Notes under the pieces: generated by a model
Told to the model about the DNA's origin: nothing
The model's database searches: none
What the model saw: only the letters and a program-made list of their open reading frames with translations
Part shown: positions 58,691 through 64,000 of the stretch, piece by piece
How the letters are laid out: every line of letters begins with the position of its first letter
How positions within the stretch are numbered: the first letter of the stretch is position 1
NCBI RefSeq assembly: GCF_006345805.1
Contig: NC_043008.1
Span: 19,654,001-19,718,000, forward strand
Direction: 5' to 3'
DNA from: Octopus sinensis
Lineage: Eukaryota
Length of the DNA: 64,000 nt
Program-made: the position numbers and the translations under genes

Positions 58691-58850
58691 AGGGAAGATG
58701 CAATGATATGAAAATGATACAAGTGAGCAAAAACAATAAAAACAAGAACAACCGCTGCAACGATGATAATATTAATAACGATAATAATAATAAGGTAGTG
58801 AAAACATGAGATAATAATAAGACTACTGAATAGTAATAATAATAATAATG

Positions 58851-58912
<62 letters not shown>

Positions 58913-58913
<1 letters not shown>

Positions 58914-59455
58914 TACTAGGCAGTGGCTCTCATGGCTTCTCATCTTAACTGATTGGAAGTGTCATCATATACATTGTTTTGTCTTGGTATAAAAGATGGG
59001 CTACAGCAAATATTCTGCTCAATACCACAGATTTACTTGTCAGTTGTTTGACATTAACCAATTGAGCATGTCCCTTAGTGGTTGACTATATGTGCATCTC
59101 TGATGATGAGCAGAAGTAGTCAGGGAGCATCATAGCCATGTGCTGAGAGAAATTCTTTGGGGTTTGAATAATTCCCCTCTAAAAACATGGGTGTTTCGTT
59201 CAACATCCTTAAACAACCCTTATTCAGGGACCTTTTGAGCGGGATGGGCTACTTGACCAGAATAAAATTCTAACTGGGCCCCACCTGCAAGGTCATGTGC
59301 TGTTTATCTTGATATGAGATCACCATGTCGCGCATACATGGTTGTGATGCATGTGCCTAGTGTACCCTTATCATAGGGGTAGTCATGATGGGTATACTCG
59401 GCTTCGTATATTTTACCTCATTGTCACTTTCATGGCATTCACTGCTCTCTCACTC
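58913..59455. mobile_element. ~540-bp non-simple insert between two (TAA)n tracts; probable non-autonomous retroelement or LINE UTR
   Basis: Complex sequence with no long ORF, sharply bounded by (TAA)n on both sides. Family identity not established. Confidence 0.5.
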
Positions 59456-59527
<72 letters not shown>

Positions 59528-59529
<2 letters not shown>

Positions 59530-59660
59530 TATGGTTTCTTAAGCATTTACTAGTACAACACTAAGTAGAGAACCAAATATATGGCACCCTAGGCATAACG
59601 CCAACATGAAATTCTAACTTGTTTCTTGAGGTCTCTGGGTGAAATTTTGGATTTGTTAAT
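59528..59660 (+). mobile_element. 3' UTR fragment of the same Dong-like family as 47857-48170
   Basis: Shares ctagtacaa..aaccaaatatatggcac..taggcataac..cttgaggtctctgggtga..ttgga with the reverse complement of ~47885-47992. Starts directly after (TAA)n. Confidence 0.7.
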
Positions 59661-59695
59661 CCCTAATGAGGATATGGCATCCTTGACTTGACTAA

Positions 59696-59745
<50 letters not shown>

Positions 59746-59755
<10 letters not shown>

Positions 59756-59913
59756 TATTTGAGACAAAACCACTATTTTGCAAAACAAACAAGGAAAGAC
59801 TTAATCAATACATAAAATTTAATAAATAGACTATTTATTAAATTTTATGTATTGATTAAGTCTTTCCTTGTTTGTTTTGCAAAATAGTGGTTTGTCTCAA
59901 ATAATATTTTATA
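59746..59913. repeat. 168-bp near-perfect palindrome
   Basis: Arms of 84 and 83 bp around a single A at 59830; the only difference is one A/T indel. Confidence 0.95.
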
Positions 59914-60005
59914 ATATTTTACTATAAATTGGATTTAATCCTAAATCTGATTTTTTTTCCCTGTAAATTTGGATATATTCCCTAATATTTATATTATTAT
60001 ATATA

Positions 60006-60040
<35 letters not shown>

Positions 60041-60043
<3 letters not shown>

Positions 60044-60265
60044 TTTTACTTGCTTCAGGCATTTGACTGCGGCCATGCTGAGGCACAGCCTTAAGTCAAA
60101 AAAATCGACCTCAGGACTTATTCTTTATAGGTCCAGTACTTATTCTGTCGGTTTCTTTTGCCGAGCCGCTAAATTGGGAAGTGATCGCTGGGAAGCTGTG
60201 GTGGTGGTGGTGGTGGTGGTGATGGTGGGGACAAACACAGATACAGAAATACATATATACATACA

Positions 60266-60322
<57 letters not shown>

Positions 60323-60502
60323 TTATGCGTTTTTGTGTGCGAGTGTATTTGTATACGTCGGACTTCCTGCACTTTCCGTCTACTAAATCCAGTATAAGTC
60401 TCTGGTCGACCCAAGGCCATAGTAGAAGACACATGCTCCATTTGCCACTGAACTCGGAGCCATGTGGCTGGCAAGCAAGCTTCTTACAACACAGCCACTC
60501 CT
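60041..60502 (-). mobile_element. Family C SINE, diverged
   Basis: Head aggagtggctgtgttgtaag and tail gcaagtaaaagaa on the minus strand. Confidence 0.88.
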
Positions 60503-60538
60503 TATATATATATGTTTGTGTATTTATATATATATATG

Positions 60539-60594
<56 letters not shown>

Positions 60595-60968
60595 TATATA
60601 TATATAAGGAATGGCTGTGTTGTAAGATGCATATATATATATGCGCGCGCGTGTGTGTGTGTATGTAAGGAATAATGAAGATGATGATAGTAGTCGTAGT
60701 TGTAGCAGTAGCAGTAATAGTTGTGATGATATCAATACCGATGCGATAAATTGCATAAAGTTGATGTCAATGATATATAGTGATGTCGGTGTTGAAGACA
60801 ACAAAATGGCGAATATGATGGTTTTAAAGATAACTAGGATAAAGTGGATTTGAAGGAAGAAGATCGGAATAATATTGATCCAAATCATGATTGGGAATCT
60901 CTTACATACATATAACATACTGCTTGCACACACACGCATACACACACAAGCATTTATACGTGCGTATG

Positions 60969-61000
<32 letters not shown>

Positions 61001-61109
61001 ATATATATATTCATATATGCATTGTCTTCATTGCATATATATATATATATATATATATGAGTGTGTGTGTGTGTGTGTGTGTGTGTATGTATATATGTGT
61101 ATGTATATG

Positions 61110-61330
61110 CTTGTCTGTCTGTGTTTGTCACCCCCAACATCGCTTGACAACCAGTGCTGGTATGTTTACGTCTCCGTAACTGAGCGGTTCGGCAAAAGAA
61201 TATGATAGATTAAGTGCGACGCTTACAAAGTATACGTCCTGGGGTAGATTTGCTCGACTAAAGGTGGTGCTCCAGCATGACCACAGTCAAATGGCTGAAA
61301 CAAGTAAAAGGGTAAAGAGTAAAAGAGTAT
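61110..61330 (+). mobile_element. Family C SINE 3' half (others: 22243-22432 +, diverged 37000-37440 +)
   Basis: cgcttgacaacc..gcggttcggcaaaag..ccagcatgaccacagtcaaatggctgaaacaagtaaaag. Confidence 0.85.
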
Positions 61331-62362
61331 TCCACTGCAGTTAATAGTATAAATCAGAATAAAAACCACCCTTATTGTAGATAATACAGAGGCAAAATTG
61401 ATCAGTACACTCCTTGTTACAGACCTTATATACGAACCCTGTACGTAAATACAAACACCTGTACTTCACCCGAAATTATACAGCATATAACTAATATTGT
61501 TAGCAGACACCTTTCGGAATTATCCTCAGGTATCGTCCAGAAGACCCATTTTATTTTACAATAAAGCGTTAGAGAGAGGCGGTATTAGCAAATTAGCTAC
61601 ATAGAGGCCAAGTACATTAGACTTGGTAGCAAAGTGGTCTCTTCTTTGAGAGAGATGGCGAACTAATTATATGTACAAATCAACCGAAGACGATAGCTAA
61701 TTTACTTCTAATTTGTTATCCTTTATCTGTAACCAAGAATTGAACAATCATATTCGCTACCAAAAATTTTTAATGGCCTGACATTCTGTTTTTCTTTGCA
61801 TATGCAGTATTACATGTTTCAATGTTTTCTTACCAGAGTACGAACTGAGCCTTTATTTTACTTTACCAACACGCGAACTGCAACCTGTTCATGCTGACCA
61901 ATAAAATGCTTTGTGTATCCTGGGTTCGAGCTTTCAATATTTGATTGGTATCTCATAGGTATGAATTCAGAATGTTGGAAACCATATACGGACATGGAGT
62001 AGTTGATCCAAACCTGTTATAACGTATCTTGTTATAACGTATATCGTTATAACGATATTGTGATATCATCAATACTTTTTAACAACACAGTGGTTTGTTC
62101 GTTCCTTCTTCCGTCAAAAGCACCAACTTTTTAAAAAGTGTCTGTGGGAGCTTAGTGAGATTAATTTCAGCACGATTATAAGAAATTTATGAATAATGCT
62201 GATTATGGTGGGCATACAGTCGTCCTATTGTCTCTATTTTTATTATTTTATTTTGCACCAGATTTTCGATGGATTGGCAAGACTGGTTAGTATCAGATAC
62301 TGAAATACTGTTATTATCAAAAATATTCATATGTTAATAAATATGGCGCGGGCCCATGTGTT

Positions 62363-62672
62363 TGAAGGTGCATAGCCTTGAGGTTAGGGACACATACTCA
62401 CGATCTCTAGATCGTGGGCTCGAATTCTTGACTGAGAGGCGCGTGGCCTTCTTGGGCAAAGCACTTCCATTGACTGGACTCCAGTCCACTCAGCTATAAA
62501 TGGATCACTCTGAGGCGGAGTATCTCCATATCGGTGGTGGAGAGGAGGACTGTTGTCTTGCTATCCCTAACCAGCGCGGTGGCATCATTTGATAGCTAAA
62601 TCGAAGCAAAACACATTGTGACCAGTGATATTTAACAACATGCGATAGTATGATGGATCACGCGATCACGTA
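62363..62672 (+). mobile_element. Diverged tRNA-derived SINE, head H2 + tail T2
   Basis: H2-like head including ctccagtccactcagct; tail ccagcgcggtggcatcatttg..cattgtgaccagtgat..aacaacat..gatcacg matches the reverse complement of 22853-22960. Confidence 0.75.
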
Positions 62673-62687
62673 GTATATATATCATAC

Positions 62688-62990
62688 ACTAGTAGTATAG
62701 TCCGGCGTTGCCCGGGATTAAGCGTACATTTTACTACTATGTTAGAGAATTTTACCTATTATTTCTACCAATGTATGTTTTTCTAACACCCTAGTCGCAT
62801 TTAGTGACAATTATAGTTTTCGTTTTTGGTTAAACACTACAAACTTCTGTGTCTATCTTAATTATACATACATACATTTTTACGTATGTACTTATGTATA
62901 TATGTATATATGTATGTATGCATGTATGTATGTATGTATGTATGTATGTATGTATATATCGTTAAAATATAAAATAGACAGCGGTTTTCA

Positions 62991-63020
<30 letters not shown>
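62688..63020 (+). mobile_element. Second Helentron-like element with the same 5' motif
   Basis: actagtagtatagtccggcgttgcccggg start, internal (TATG)n, ends agacagcggttttcaatttatatata. Confidence 0.55.
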
Positions 63021-63021
<1 letters not shown>

Positions 63022-64000
63022 ATGTGTGTGTAATACACATATGTATGCATATGTGTGTTGTGAAGTTGATGACCATGATTTCAGTCAAATTGTAGAAACA
63101 CTTGGTGCGATTTAATCACATGTATTGTTATATACCAGTTATAATCCCGAGTCTATGCCAGGTATCGTAGGACACATATTTATTAAGGCAGAATCGGTTC
63201 GAAATATGGTTGTGTATAACTGAATGTCCGTGCTACGAAACCTCAAGACGGAGCGAACTAAAGTTCAAGAGCACATACCGAGCGGCCCATTAACTTACCT
63301 GCCTTGTTTGTGTGGGGTTGGTTTGTAATAGCAAAACAACATCGACGCCAGTGCTGAACTGGTGCTAATTTTATCGCGTCCGAAAAGATGAAATCGAAGT
63401 GGACCTCAGCGGATTTGTACTCAGAGCGTAAGACGGGCGGAATGTCGCTAATCATTTTTCGCGGCGCAGTATCGATTCTCTAGCTCGTCATCTTCAAGGG
63501 AAGTGTATCATGTTATATAATCTTGCATATTTGAACTACTTTTTTGGATTATCAATAGGCGCTTTTTAAGAAGCTAATGTTACAAATATAAAATCACAAT
63601 CTTCTGAGAGATACACTACGTTTCGACACAGATATTTCCCGACATATTTTATTGTCAATAATTCAGAATGTAATGTTCACATGTGTAATGTGATTCATAC
63701 ACATGGCTACATGTAATTTTCTTTTCGATACTAAACGTCTACATTAAGACTTCGTATGTCTTTGAACTAAGCGACGGTTAACACGAAAGTAACATCGAAT
63801 TTACTTGTGCTGATATATATATGTATGGTGGCAATATATTTTCTCTGATCGTTACCGAATTGTGTTTCATACTGAAAACATTGCATGCCATACCTGAAGC
63901 TAGCAACCAAATAACCAATGACAGATATCGTGCTGTAATTAAATGGACGAGCATCAAACAGAGGCTTTGCATTTTTAGTCGGATTCTATAGTAATATTTT

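Larger units (their letters stand above)
166..63020. repeat. Abundant microsatellites: (TA)n/(TATG)n (e.g. 190-448, 20600-21270, 25690-25910, 35940-36100, 51160-51550), (TAA)n/(CAA)n (14440-14550, 15226-15327, 47667-47856, 48167-48366, 55000-55225), (GAT)n, (GAA)n, (TCTA)n, (GA)n, (CA)n
   Basis: Directly visible; they account for the YI-, I-, N-, M- and D-rich ORFs in the track. Confidence 0.98.
12400..63490. repeat. Dispersed family B SINE monomers (approx. 12400-12550 -, 17266-17432 -, 21281-21440 +, 24340-24493 -, 25062-25255 +, 27298-27430 -, 29272-29410 +, 36784-36952 +, 38060-38240 -, 38530-38670 -, 39855-40048 -, 63340-63490 -)
   Basis: Recurring motifs ctggcagaa.cgttagcacgcc, aaattccgccgaggtcgactttgcctttcatcctttcggggtcgata. 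Boundaries approximate. Confidence 0.8.

Noticed and set aside
129-61205. Dozens of ORFs rich in YI, I, L, N, M or D
   Set aside because: They are translations of (TA)n, (TAA)n and (GAT)n microsatellites with no domain content.
49745-64000. Search for kinase subdomain X-XI exons, including IFDGLARL after the acceptor near 62262
   Set aside because: No phase-0 candidate gave CW or RP motifs. The remaining exons probably lie beyond the window.

Overview
AT-rich, microsatellite-dense animal genomic DNA. The SINE families and repeat load look like Octopus (inferred from repeat recognition, not searched). The only host gene I can support is on the + strand: five coding exons (3798-3944, 30542-30695, 33482-33592, 48403-48472, 49557-49744) splice with GT-AG sites and compatible phases into 223 stop-free codons of a protein kinase domain (subdomains I-IX). 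Its N-terminus and subdomains X-XI were not found in the window. The kinase has TK-like motifs (HRDIRCAN, PSIRWTAPE) and an unusually long, Tyr-free activation segment with a C-x4-C-x-C-x2-H-x3-C cluster. The introns hold a decayed Tc1 element with DD36E spacing, several R4/Dong-like REL-endonuclease LINE remnants (one near full length), CR1-like RT fragments, many tRNA-derived SINEs with shuffled head/tail modules, MITEs, Helentron-like elements, long palindromes, a ~0.85 kb local duplication and large (TA)n, (TAA)n and (GAT)n arrays. Most ORFs in the supplied track are microsatellite artefacts.
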